From contig OZ242011.1 in the NCBI GenBank assembly GCA_965204755.1, positions 3,008,001 through 3,072,000 on the forward strand: a stretch of 64,000 bases of DNA. The letters run 5' to 3'. Of this stretch, positions 50,871-58,945 are shown piece after piece. The stretch's first letter is position 1. Each line of letters opens with the position of its first letter. The notes beneath the pieces were generated by a model. The model worked only from the letters and a program-made list of their open reading frames with translations. It was not told the origin of the DNA and ran no database searches. This DNA comes from Candidatus Marinacidobacterium sp. (lineage in GTDB: Bacteria > Acidobacteriota > Vicinamibacteria > Marinacidobacterales > Marinacidobacteraceae). The position numbers were made by a program, and so were the translations under genes.

Positions 50871-51368
50871 TCAGGGTTTGCGAAGGACCTCTCGCGCTCG
50901 GTCAAGCAGGTTCGCGAGTTGCTGCTCGGTCATCTCTCGCCGGAAGAAACTGATCAGATCGACCTTGTCGGTCACCGGGTCGCGCTCCACCACCGCGAAG
51001 TAGAAAATCCCGTCGACTTCGCCCCACAGGCACAGGCGGTTGTCGAAGGCCTCCGGCGGCCGGTTCGCCGGCGGGCTGGGTCGGAATACGACCCTCGGCG
51101 CTTCCAACAGCGCCGGCAGCCGCCGGTAATCCTCGGTCCCAAGTTCGGGATGGCCCCTCTTCTTCCTCCTGGGTTGTGCGAGCCGTCCATCCTGTTTCTT
51201 CATGATGCGGTCGGGGAGTCGCACCACGGCGGTCCGGGCCCCGATCCAGTCGCGGACTTCGGGGTCCAGCGCGCCGGCGCGCAGGGCGCCCCGGGGTTCG
51301 GCTCGGAACCGGGCGAAGATCGGGCTCTCGAAGACGGAGCGGGCGAGTGTCCCGTTCAGGTCATCCAT
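50871..51368 (-). CDS. Stand-alone PBECR2-like (BECR-fold) putative ribonuclease, 165 aa
   Basis: VVRL...IMKKQ...HPELGTEDYRRLPALLEAP...Y.AVV.......DLISFFR resembles the PBECR2 pattern (recalled, not searched). Confidence 0.65.
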   Translation of the reverse strand: MDDLNGTLARSVFESPIFARFRAEPRGALRAGALDPEVRDWIGARTAVVRLPDRIMKKQDGRLAQPRRKKRGHPELGTEDYRRLPALLEAPRVVFRPSPPANRPPEAFDNRLCLWGEVDGIFYFAVVERDPVTDKVDLISFFRREMTEQQLANLLDRAREVLRKP

Positions 51369-51577
51369 CGGGCCCCGGCCCCGGCCTCTTTCCGGGAAGG
51401 GCGTTCGCCGGCGGGGATGGCCCGCCCGGGTCGGCGCGCGGGGCTCGTTCCGTCCGGCGGTCCGGAGGTTCGATCCGCCGATTACCGCGGCCCCGGCCTC
51501 CGGCGGCGCGAGCGTTCGCGCCTCCCGACGGTGCGGGAGTTCGCGCCTCCGGACATCCGCGTCGTTTGGTTATGGTT

Positions 51578-51698
51578 CCGGGTGGCGCATGTGACACGGT
51601 GAAATTCTCCCGGCCGTAACCGATCCCTTTCGGGATGAGAGTGCTATGTGGGGTTCCCGGCTCCGGCCGGATGGGAGGCCCCACCATGCGCCGCCCGG
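51578..51698. ncRNA. Putative 121-nt multibranched structured RNA next to the 3' end of the second PBECR2-like gene
   Basis: 14-bp closing stem CCGGGTGGCGCATG/CATGCGCCGCCCGG; internal ACGGT/GCCGT, ATCCC-TTTC-GGGAT and GTGGGG/CCCCAC; CTCCC/GGGAG possible pseudoknot. Confidence 0.6.
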
Positions 51699-51710
51699 GT
51701 GGGCAGCGAG

Positions 51711-52361
51711 TCACCACCGGGGGGGAGGTCGCGTCGCCCGTCGCTTGGCGCGTCCGACATCCTTCTCGTGGATCCTCTGGAAGTTCGTGAGGAAGATTTC
51801 GTTGTTCACGGTCTGCTTTATGGCGGCCTTGTAGTGATGGCCTTCGCGCTCTCCGAGGAAGAGAGTGAGATGGCGTCCGCTCGGTTCGGTGATCACCGCT
51901 CCCCCTTCGATGACATCCGGAAGCCGGCGATAGTCGTCGAGCGTGAGGTCCGGGTGGCGAACCACCTGCTTCACTGCGCTTTCCGCTGACAGTCGCACGA
52001 CCCGCGCGGGAGGGAACCCCCCTTCCGGCAGGGGCTCCAAGCCGGCTCGCGCCTCGTCGGTCAGGACCGCAACCGGCAATTCGCCGATTCGCGCCTTGAT
52101 GGCGGCGTCCTCGATCTTTATGAACAGCGCCTTTCCGGCATCCGGCAGGACTTCCCGGTAGGCCTCCACTCGCTCGAAGAACCCGGGGAGGACGGGACTC
52201 CCTTCGCCGAGGAGCCGTCGCACCGTCGCGCGGGCGGTCTCCGGGTCGGTGTTCTCGACCCATTCGAGGAGGGCGAGCAGGGCCGCCGGGCCCCGACCCG
52301 TCCGCGGAGGTGAGGCCGCGGGCGGGGGTCGGCTCCTTCGGCGGGGCGGCGCCGGAGGCAT
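51711..52361 (-). CDS. Second PBECR2-like putative ribonuclease (start uncertain; ATG 52361 chosen)
   Basis: VVRLSAESAVKQ..RHPDLTLDDYRRLPDVIE.G...YKAAIK.T..NEIFLTNFQR; paralogous to 50871-51368 (shared HP.L..(E/D)DYRRLP). Confidence 0.7.
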   Translation of the reverse strand: MPPAPPRRRSRPPPAASPPRTGRGPAALLALLEWVENTDPETARATVRRLLGEGSPVLPGFFERVEAYREVLPDAGKALFIKIEDAAIKARIGELPVAVLTDEARAGLEPLPEGGFPPARVVRLSAESAVKQVVRHPDLTLDDYRRLPDVIEGGAVITEPSGRHLTLFLGEREGHHYKAAIKQTVNNEIFLTNFQRIHEKDVGRAKRRATRPPPRW

Positions 52362-52368
52362 CCGGATG

Positions 52369-53583
52369 TCAGCCGGCGCGGGCGGCCGCGGCGGGCGACT
52401 CCGACTCCGCCGACTCCTCCGCCGGAGGCAGGTCCACGCCGACCCCCAGCGGATGGAGGGCGTCGCCGTCCGCCGTCGGTTCCCGGAGGGCGCGAGCCAC
52501 GACATCGTCCGGGGCGCCGTCCGGGGCATCGTCCGGGGCGCGTTCCCGCGCCGAGTCGGCGGCGAGCAGGACCGGGCGGAGCGGCTCCGACAGCCGGCCC
52601 GCCTCCGGGGCCTGGCGGGAGATGCTGGCGTCGGCGGCCTCCCTGGTCAGGAAGTTCACGAACTCCCGCGAGCCGCCCTTCCAGCCGCTCAGGGTCTCGG
52701 CGAGCGCCATCGGGTGCCGCTCTTCGCGCTCGCCGAAGACGCAGCCGGGGTGGTAGGTCCGCACCGCGTTCCCGAAGACGCTGAACCGCCGTCCCACGCG
52801 GTCGCTCAGGACGAAGGTCATCGGCCCGGTGAGGACCGCGACATGGGCCAGCCCGACGGTCCGCCAGGCCAGGTCGGCGACATCGATGGCCGCGGTCTCC
52901 GGGTCGGTCTCGCCGATCTCCAGGCCGGTGAGGAACACCGGGCGCGTCCGCTCCGGGTCGGAGATCAGGTCGATGAGGCCGGCCACGCTCTCGGCGTCCT
53001 GCACCACCCAGGGCGTCGCGCGGAGCCGCCAGCCGTAGTCGGTCAGCCCCGGGGAGTCGGCCAGCCGGCGGACGATCTCCGGCGCGGCGGCCGTGTGCGC
53101 CGCCCTGCCGGTCAGCAGCGTGGCGGAGAGGCGGGTGCAGTCGGTGGTCTCCACCAGGAAGACCTCGACCCGCCAGGCGGCCCGCGGCCGCCGGCGGCGC
53201 TCCACCGCGGCGCCGAAGCACCGGCCGTCCGGGAACTCCCGCTCCTCGGTGACGACGGCGGGGCGCGCGTTCGGGCGGCGGGGCGGGCCGGCCGCCGTCG
53301 GCGTTTCGGGCCGCGCCGGCGGTTCGACGCGCTGCCCGCGGCCCCGGCGGGGGCCCTCCAGGAAGCGGAGGATGCGGTCCCGCGACGCGGCGAACTCGCC
53401 GCCGCGCCCGTCGCGCGCCACATCGGCGCAGACCGCGGCCGCCGGGGCGAGCGCCGCCCGCCCGGACCGGACGCGGCGCGCCGGGCGGCGGTCAGCCGCG
53501 GGAAGGGGATGCGGCGCCGGCTGGCGGGCCGGGAGGGGCAGGGGATTCGGTCGGGGTTGGGGTAGGGTCGGCGGATGGGGCAT
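52369..53583 (-). CDS. Hypothetical protein with a globular alpha/beta core and low-complexity ends
   Basis: Core LI.DPER.RPV...DLA....GLAHVAVL...VG..FSVF..AVRTY.PG; stop lies 7 nt before the next gene. Confidence 0.6.
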   Translation of the reverse strand: MPHPPTLPQPRPNPLPLPARQPAPHPLPAADRRPARRVRSGRAALAPAAAVCADVARDGRGGEFAASRDRILRFLEGPRRGRGQRVEPPARPETPTAAGPPRRPNARPAVVTEEREFPDGRCFGAAVERRRRPRAAWRVEVFLVETTDCTRLSATLLTGRAAHTAAAPEIVRRLADSPGLTDYGWRLRATPWVVQDAESVAGLIDLISDPERTRPVFLTGLEIGETDPETAAIDVADLAWRTVGLAHVAVLTGPMTFVLSDRVGRRFSVFGNAVRTYHPGCVFGEREERHPMALAETLSGWKGGSREFVNFLTREAADASISRQAPEAGRLSEPLRPVLLAADSARERAPDDAPDGAPDDVVARALREPTADGDALHPLGVGVDLPPAEESAESESPAAAARAG

Positions 53584-53639
53584 CGAGCCTCCTGGGGTGG
53601 GGGATTTCCGATGGGGTCGGGGGGAGGTCTCCCGCGGGC

Positions 53640-53787
53640 GGCGGGTGGAGTTCGCCGGCCGGGGGCGGGTGGAGTTCGTCCGCCGGGGGCGGGCGGAGTT
53701 CGTCCGCCGGGGGCAATGGGAGTTCGCCGGCCGGGCGCGAGGGGAGTTCGCCGGCCGGGCGCAGTGGGAGTTCGCCCGGCGGGGGCG
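53640..53787. repeat. 24-bp tandem repeat x6, core GGAGTTCG
   Basis: Core at 53647, 53671, 53695, 53719, 53743 and 53767. Confidence 0.9.
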
Positions 53788-53801
53788 GGCGGGGGCCGGG
53801 C

Positions 53802-54461
53802 GTGAGCGTCCGGGTCGGGAGCGGGCGGTTCGCGGGTCGGGAACTCCTCGGCCCGCCCCCGGAGCGGCGGCGGCGAGGGACCGCGGCTCCCGGCGGCGGG
53901 ACGCGGCCGACGGCGGCCCGCCTGAAGAAGAGCCTCTTCGCGGTCATCGGCGACGAACTCCCCGGCGCGCGGGTGCTCGATGTCTGCGCCGGGACCGGGG
54001 CGCTGGGCTTCGAGGCCATCTCCCGGGGCGCCGCCGGGTGCGTCTTCCTCGAACGGTCGCGGCCGATGGGGGAGCGGATCGGGAAGAACGCGGAGCGCCT
54101 GGGTCTCGACGGCGCCCGCCTCCTCGCCGGGGACGCCGCCCGCTCGCTCCGCGTCCTCGCCCGCCGCGGCGAGCGGTTCGACGCGGCCTTCTTCGATCCG
54201 CCCTGGAGCGAATGGGAAGAAGGCGGCGCGGCGGCCGCGCTGGCCGCGATCGCGCCTCTCGTTTCGCGCTTCGTCGCCGCCGTCCACCCGGCCGCCCGGA
54301 GCGCTCCGCCGGAAATCCTCACCCCGGAGTCCGCATCGTCCCCCGAAGTCCGCTTCCGGCGCGTCCGGGAGGTCGCGGCGGGGGACGGGGCCTTCTCGCT
54401 CTTCCGGCCCGCCGAGCCGCCGCCCACCGGGCAGGAACCGCCACTCACGCCGATTCCTTAA
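53802..54461 (+). CDS. rsmD: 16S rRNA m2G966 methyltransferase RsmD
   Basis: TRPT..RLK.SLF, VLD.CAGTGALG.EA.SRGA, FFDPPW; upstream of coaD. Confidence 0.88.
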   Translation: MSVRVGSGRFAGRELLGPPPERRRRGTAAPGGGTRPTAARLKKSLFAVIGDELPGARVLDVCAGTGALGFEAISRGAAGCVFLERSRPMGERIGKNAERLGLDGARLLAGDAARSLRVLARRGERFDAAFFDPPWSEWEEGGAAAALAAIAPLVSRFVAAVHPAARSAPPEILTPESASSPEVRFRRVREVAAGDGAFSLFRPAEPPPTGQEPPLTPIP

Positions 54462-54623
54462 CGGATGGCCAAGGTTTTCCGCCCACGAAAGCGCCCGGAA
54501 CGCGCCCGGTTCGGATAAGTCGCCTTTTCGCCGCCGAAAACGGCCCCGGAATCCGCCGCCGTCGGGGGCGGGGCGTGTGTTAGGTTTTTCGCCCGCGCCG
54601 GCGGCGCCCCGTTCCCCGACCCG

Positions 54624-55166
54624 TTGCAACCCGTCTCGCCCGAGGGCCGCGTCGCCATCTGCCCCGGGTCGTTCGACCCGCTGACGCTGGGCCATGTGGA
54701 CATCATCCGGCGCGCCGCCCGGATGTTCGACCGGGTGGTCGTGTCCGTGCTCGAGAACACCGAGAAGACGCCGCTCTTCGGCGTGGAGGAGCGGCTCGAC
54801 CTGATCCGCGCCACCTTCCGGGACGAAGACCGGGTGGAGGCGGCGGCGTTCTCCGGGCTCCTCGTGGACTACGCCCGCCGCTCCGGCGCCGGCGCCATCG
54901 TCCGCGGCATCCGCGCGCTCTCCGACTTCGAGTACGAGTTCCAGATGGCGCTCATGAACCGGCGGCTCGCGCCGGAACTCGAAACCGTGTTCCTGACTCC
55001 CGCCGAGGAGTTCTTCTATGTGAGTTCGCGGCTCATCAAGGAGATCGCGGCGCTCTCCGGCGATGTGTCCGGGCTCGTCCCCGAACCGGTGGCCGCCGGA
55101 CTCCGCGAGAAGTTCGCCGCCCGCGCGCCGGCCGCCGGGAGTGCGCCGCCGCCGCCCTCCGCCTGA
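54624..55166 (+). CDS. coaD: Phosphopantetheine adenylyltransferase
   Basis: PGSFDPLTLGH, RGIR..SDFEYE.QMA..N, VSS.LIKE. Confidence 0.96.
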   Translation: MQPVSPEGRVAICPGSFDPLTLGHVDIIRRAARMFDRVVVSVLENTEKTPLFGVEERLDLIRATFRDEDRVEAAAFSGLLVDYARRSGAGAIVRGIRALSDFEYEFQMALMNRRLAPELETVFLTPAEEFFYVSSRLIKEIAALSGDVSGLVPEPVAAGLREKFAARAPAAGSAPPPPSA

Positions 55167-55180
55167 AGGAGACCCCGCCC

Positions 55181-56371
55181 ATGACCGGAAACAACCCGAA
55201 ACTCGCGGCGCGCGTCCGCGCCATCGCCCCCTCGCCCACGATGGCGGTCATGGCGGAGGCGCTGCGGCTCAAGGCCGCCGGCGAGGATGTGGTGGACTTC
55301 TCCGCCGGCCAGCCGGACTTCGACACGCCGGAAGTGGCCCGCGCCGCCGGCGTCGCCGCCATCGAGTCCGGCTACACCCGCTACACCCCGAACCCCGGCG
55401 CCCCGGAACTGCGCGAGGCGGTCGCGGAGAGTTACCGGCGCGACTTCGGCCTCGACTGCGACGCCCCCCAGGTGCTCATCACCAGCGGCGGCAAGCACGC
55501 CCTCACCGGGCTGCTGCTCGCCACCTGCGAGGAGGGTGACGAGGTCCTGGTCTCCACCCCCTACTGGCCGACCTTCCCGGAGCAGGTGAAGATCGTGGGC
55601 GCCACCCCGGTGATCGCCGAGACCTCGGCCGCCGACGGCTTCCGCCCCACCCGCCGGAGCATGGAGCCGGCGGTCACCGACCGCACCCGGCTCATCATCC
55701 TGAACATCCCGGGGAACCCGTCGGGCGTGGTGCTGCCCCCGGACGAGTTGGAGGCGGTGGCGAAGTTGGCGCTGGACGCGGACGCCTACCTCCTCTGGGA
55801 CGACACCTACGCCCGCCTGACCTTCGAGCCCGCCCCGGAAGGCGCCTACCGGCGGATGGCGGACATCCTGGGGCACCGCTTCCTCATCGCCGGCGGCGCG
55901 TCGAAGTCCTACGCGATGACCGGCTGGCGCCTCGGCTGGGCCATCGGCGACGCGGCCATCATCAAGGGCGCGGCGTCGCTCCAGAGCCAGATGACCTCGA
56001 ACGCCTGCTCCATCTCCCAGCGCGCGGCGCTCGCGGCGCTCCGGGAGGACCCGAAGGAGTTCGCCTGGATGAGCCGGGAGTTCGCCCGCCGCATGGAGCG
56101 GATGCGCGGCCTGCTCCTGGGGATCGAGGGCGTCCGCTGCGAGGCCCCGGACGGCGGCTTCTACCTGTTCCCGGACTTCGCGGCGCGTTTGGGGGAGGGC
56201 GAGGGCTCGCAGGCGCTGGCGACGGCGCTGTTGACTTCGGAGCGCGTGGCGACGGTGCCGGGGGCCGCTTTCGGGTGCGACACGCACCTGCGGTTCAGTT
56301 ACGCGACTTCGGACGAGCAGATCGACAAGGGCCTGGCCCGCGTCCACAACTTCTTCGCCCAGCGAGGCTGA
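55181..56371 (+). CDS. Class I/II PLP aminotransferase (aspartate aminotransferase-like)
   Basis: GQPDFDTP, NPSG, DDTY, SKSYAMTGWRLG, LRFSYA. Confidence 0.9.
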   Translation: MTGNNPKLAARVRAIAPSPTMAVMAEALRLKAAGEDVVDFSAGQPDFDTPEVARAAGVAAIESGYTRYTPNPGAPELREAVAESYRRDFGLDCDAPQVLITSGGKHALTGLLLATCEEGDEVLVSTPYWPTFPEQVKIVGATPVIAETSAADGFRPTRRSMEPAVTDRTRLIILNIPGNPSGVVLPPDELEAVAKLALDADAYLLWDDTYARLTFEPAPEGAYRRMADILGHRFLIAGGASKSYAMTGWRLGWAIGDAAIIKGAASLQSQMTSNACSISQRAALAALREDPKEFAWMSREFARRMERMRGLLLGIEGVRCEAPDGGFYLFPDFAARLGEGEGSQALATALLTSERVATVPGAAFGCDTHLRFSYATSDEQIDKGLARVHNFFAQRG

Positions 56372-56413
56372 GACGGCGGCGCCGAGGAACGAGGTCCAGA
56401 CGGAGAGCGCGCC

Positions 56414-58945
56414 ATGAGAAACATGTACGCGTGGGTCCCGTGGTTTCGGCAACTCGCCGCACGGATCGCCGAAGGCGGCAAGGAGGGACTCATCGAGCGC
56501 GTCAAGAGCGTGGTGTGGGAGGAAAAGAGTCCAGCCCTTCTGGAGTTCGGCGACAAGTACATTGATCCGCTGTCATTCCTGAACCATCTTGCGTCCGTAG
56601 ATCTGGCGATGACATCCGTCAGCAGCGTGTTCGATGTGGATGCCGAAATTCCCCAAGACGACGACTGGGCGCTCATCTTTCCTACGGTCTTCCACTTGAA
56701 GGCGCCTCTGGGTGAGCAAGAGACCTATGACCCAGACCTTCTGTGGGCTCTCTTCCGGCAGGCCGTCCCGGACAAGGCGAAGATCGACGCGAACACCTTC
56801 GACTCTGTTCTGAACTTGCCGCAGGTGGGCGTCTTCAACCTCACGTCGGCTCTCTGTCTGACCAATGCTCACTCGTTCCTGCCCCTCGGAAAGAAAGCCA
56901 TCGCTCTGGGCAAGAAGGTGCAGACGCTGAGCGGGTTGGGAAAGTGCAAGAAGAAGACATTCACGCTCTCTACCTACGAAGCCATCATGCGCCAAGCCCG
57001 GAAAGCATTCCCCGGGTGCCGCATGTACGAGATCGGGAGGTTCCTGTACGAACACGGATCTTGGGACACAGGGCTCGTCTCCAAGGAATCATCGTCCTTC
57101 CACATCAGCACCAAACTCAAGGGGGACAAGGGGCCGGACTTCTGGAACGAATTCGAGCGGGACAATTCTGTCTGGACGGCTGGCAAGGCGTCCGCGATCG
57201 CATGGGACGTCCCGCTGCCATCGGGAAAGAAGCCCTACCCTGTGACTGAGCCGGAAGCGGGCGACATCATGCTCGTTCGGTGTGGTACCGGGCAGGGTCG
57301 CGGCATCGGGGTTGTCCTGCACAACGATTACGCGAAGGAGGGCGGCCTCCGGCCGAGCAGTCGCATTCATGTGGTCTGGATCAACAAGTCTCGAACCGTT
57401 CTGGCAAAGCCATCACCGAGATTCGCCATGGATCGTGCTGCGAGCGCGGATCGAGGCGCTCTCCCCGGATTTGGGAAGAGCGACGACTACCGGTCGTCCT
57501 TCGATCTGTTTCGCGATCTCGACGTTCCGGTTCCTAACGGGCATCCACTTCCGCGAAGGAAACAGCACTTGAACCAGATCCTCTACGGGCCACCCGGAAC
57601 CGGGAAGACTTGGAACACGGTGGCGTGCGCCGTTTCGATGATTGAAGGGCGCGAAGTTGCAGCGGAAGACCGGGGAGAAGTCAAGAAGCGGTTTGAGGAG
57701 TACCGCAGGGTGGGCCAAGTGGAGATGGTCACCTTCCACCAGAACTACGCCTACGAAGACTTCGTTGAGGGTATTCGCCCGACGGTGGAGGACGCATCCG
57801 CCGAGGGGGTCGGCTATGTGTTGCGTCCCGGTGTCTTTCGCGAAATGGTGGAGCGAGCAGCGCAGAATCTCAGAACATCGCAAACGGTGGAGAAGGACGC
57901 GTGGACGTCTCAGGAAGTCGTTCAGGGGTTCCTTGAGTGGATCAGGAGTGAGACTGCTTCCGGCGGAGCAAAGCGGCTGGCGAAGGGTGCCGGTGGTCGC
58001 GACATCCTCGTGTCGGGCGTGTACGAAAGCCGGGATGGAGACATCGCCGGAGTGCAGCTCGGCGGTACGACAAACCAGAAGCTGTTTCGACGCGTTCTGG
58101 ACCGGGATTACCGTGCCTTTCACGATGGGGGCATCACGGAGTACACGGAAATCGGCCGAACGAGGCCCGGGTCTTCGACATGGCACGGCCAAGCCGTCTA
58201 TTTCTTCGAACTCCTGAAGATGGTGAGGAAGTACCACAAGGATGTGTGGCGCCGGCCGGAGCGGAAGGCGATCGAGCGCAGGAACTTCGTTCTCATCCTC
58301 GATGAGATCAACCGAGGGAACATCGCGCGGATTTTCGGGGAACTCATCACGCTGGTGGAGGAATCCCGACGGATCGGGCGCGGGGATGAGACGAAGGTGA
58401 CGCTGCCAAACTCCGGGGACGAGTTCGGCGTTCCGGAGAACCTGTATCTCATCGGGACCATGAACACGGCGGACCGGTCGATCGCCTTGCTCGACACGGC
58501 GCTTCGGCGAAGGTTCGAGTTCGTGGAGATGATGCCGGACTCGTCGCTCTTGGACCGGGAAGTCGCCGAAGTCCACCTCGGCAGCCTGCTCGATGCCATG
58601 AACGAGCGGATTCGCTTCCTGCGCGACCGGGAACATCAGATCGGCCACACCTACTTCCTCGAAGTGTGCGACCTCGAGGGACTGAGGAGGGTGTTCCAGA
58701 ACCGTATCCTTCCGCTGCTGCAGGAGTACTTCTACGACGACTGGGCGAAGATCGAGGCGGTGCTGGGCAAGAACGGGTTCGTCGAGTCCGTGGAGCCCCC
58801 GCCGGGACTGGCCGGAGGGGACCTCGTGGACGCGGGCGCGAAGTCCTACGAACTGCTGTCGTTCGACGACGGGAAATGGGGAGAGCCGGCGTCATACCGG
58901 AAGATCTACGAGAAACCGGCAGGGGGCGGCGCGAAGGACGAATGA
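56414..58945 (+). CDS. mcrB: McrB-family AAA+ GTPase (type IV restriction)
   Basis: NQILYGPPGTGKT, FHQNYAYEDFVEG, DEINRGN, GTMNTAD.S, DTALRRRF, HQIGH. Confidence 0.92.
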   Translation: MRNMYAWVPWFRQLAARIAEGGKEGLIERVKSVVWEEKSPALLEFGDKYIDPLSFLNHLASVDLAMTSVSSVFDVDAEIPQDDDWALIFPTVFHLKAPLGEQETYDPDLLWALFRQAVPDKAKIDANTFDSVLNLPQVGVFNLTSALCLTNAHSFLPLGKKAIALGKKVQTLSGLGKCKKKTFTLSTYEAIMRQARKAFPGCRMYEIGRFLYEHGSWDTGLVSKESSSFHISTKLKGDKGPDFWNEFERDNSVWTAGKASAIAWDVPLPSGKKPYPVTEPEAGDIMLVRCGTGQGRGIGVVLHNDYAKEGGLRPSSRIHVVWINKSRTVLAKPSPRFAMDRAASADRGALPGFGKSDDYRSSFDLFRDLDVPVPNGHPLPRRKQHLNQILYGPPGTGKTWNTVACAVSMIEGREVAAEDRGEVKKRFEEYRRVGQVEMVTFHQNYAYEDFVEGIRPTVEDASAEGVGYVLRPGVFREMVERAAQNLRTSQTVEKDAWTSQEVVQGFLEWIRSETASGGAKRLAKGAGGRDILVSGVYESRDGDIAGVQLGGTTNQKLFRRVLDRDYRAFHDGGITEYTEIGRTRPGSSTWHGQAVYFFELLKMVRKYHKDVWRRPERKAIERRNFVLILDEINRGNIARIFGELITLVEESRRIGRGDETKVTLPNSGDEFGVPENLYLIGTMNTADRSIALLDTALRRRFEFVEMMPDSSLLDREVAEVHLGSLLDAMNERIRFLRDREHQIGHTYFLEVCDLEGLRRVFQNRILPLLQEYFYDDWAKIEAVLGKNGFVESVEPPPGLAGGDLVDAGAKSYELLSFDDGKWGEPASYRKIYEKPAGGGAKDE

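Larger units (their letters stand above)
49470..50996. repeat. ~350-bp tandem array (about 4.35 units): 3' end of the PBECR2-like gene plus a structured non-coding element
   Basis: Anchor CGAAGGACCTCTCGCG at 49474, 49825, 50180, 50531 and 50881 (periods 351, 355, 351, 350). The last partial unit is the gene's own 3' end. Confidence 0.95.

Noticed and set aside
49470-50996. CRISPR or TIGR-type guide array
   Set aside because: Units are ~350 bp and mostly conserved, with variable parts of only 5-15 nt. No cas or Nop-domain gene is present in the window.
50521-50996. Diversity-generating retroelement TR/VR pair (gene C-terminus versus its copy)
   Set aside because: No reverse transcriptase in the window, and the differences are not adenine-specific (GTG>GCG, CAG>AAG, CTC>CTG, CGA>CAA).
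49046-51602. Many short overlapping ORFs across the array in the ORF track
   Set aside because: Frames are not conserved between units (periods 351/355/351/350) and the products are low-complexity. Only 50871-51368 looks coding.
51578-51698. tRNA, HDV-like ribozyme or simple intrinsic terminator
   Set aside because: No T-loop/CCA cloverleaf features, no HDV P1/P3/P1.1 pattern found by eye, and no U-tract after the stem on either strand. Kept as an unknown structured RNA.
53640-53787. 24-bp repeat as a mini-CRISPR
   Set aside because: No unique spacers of CRISPR length; the whole 24-mer is a degenerate tandem unit.
49345-53801. Prophage or integrative element as carrier of the nuclease island
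   Set aside because: No integrase, transposase, phage structural gene (including a MuF N-terminal domain) or flanking att/target duplication was recognised.
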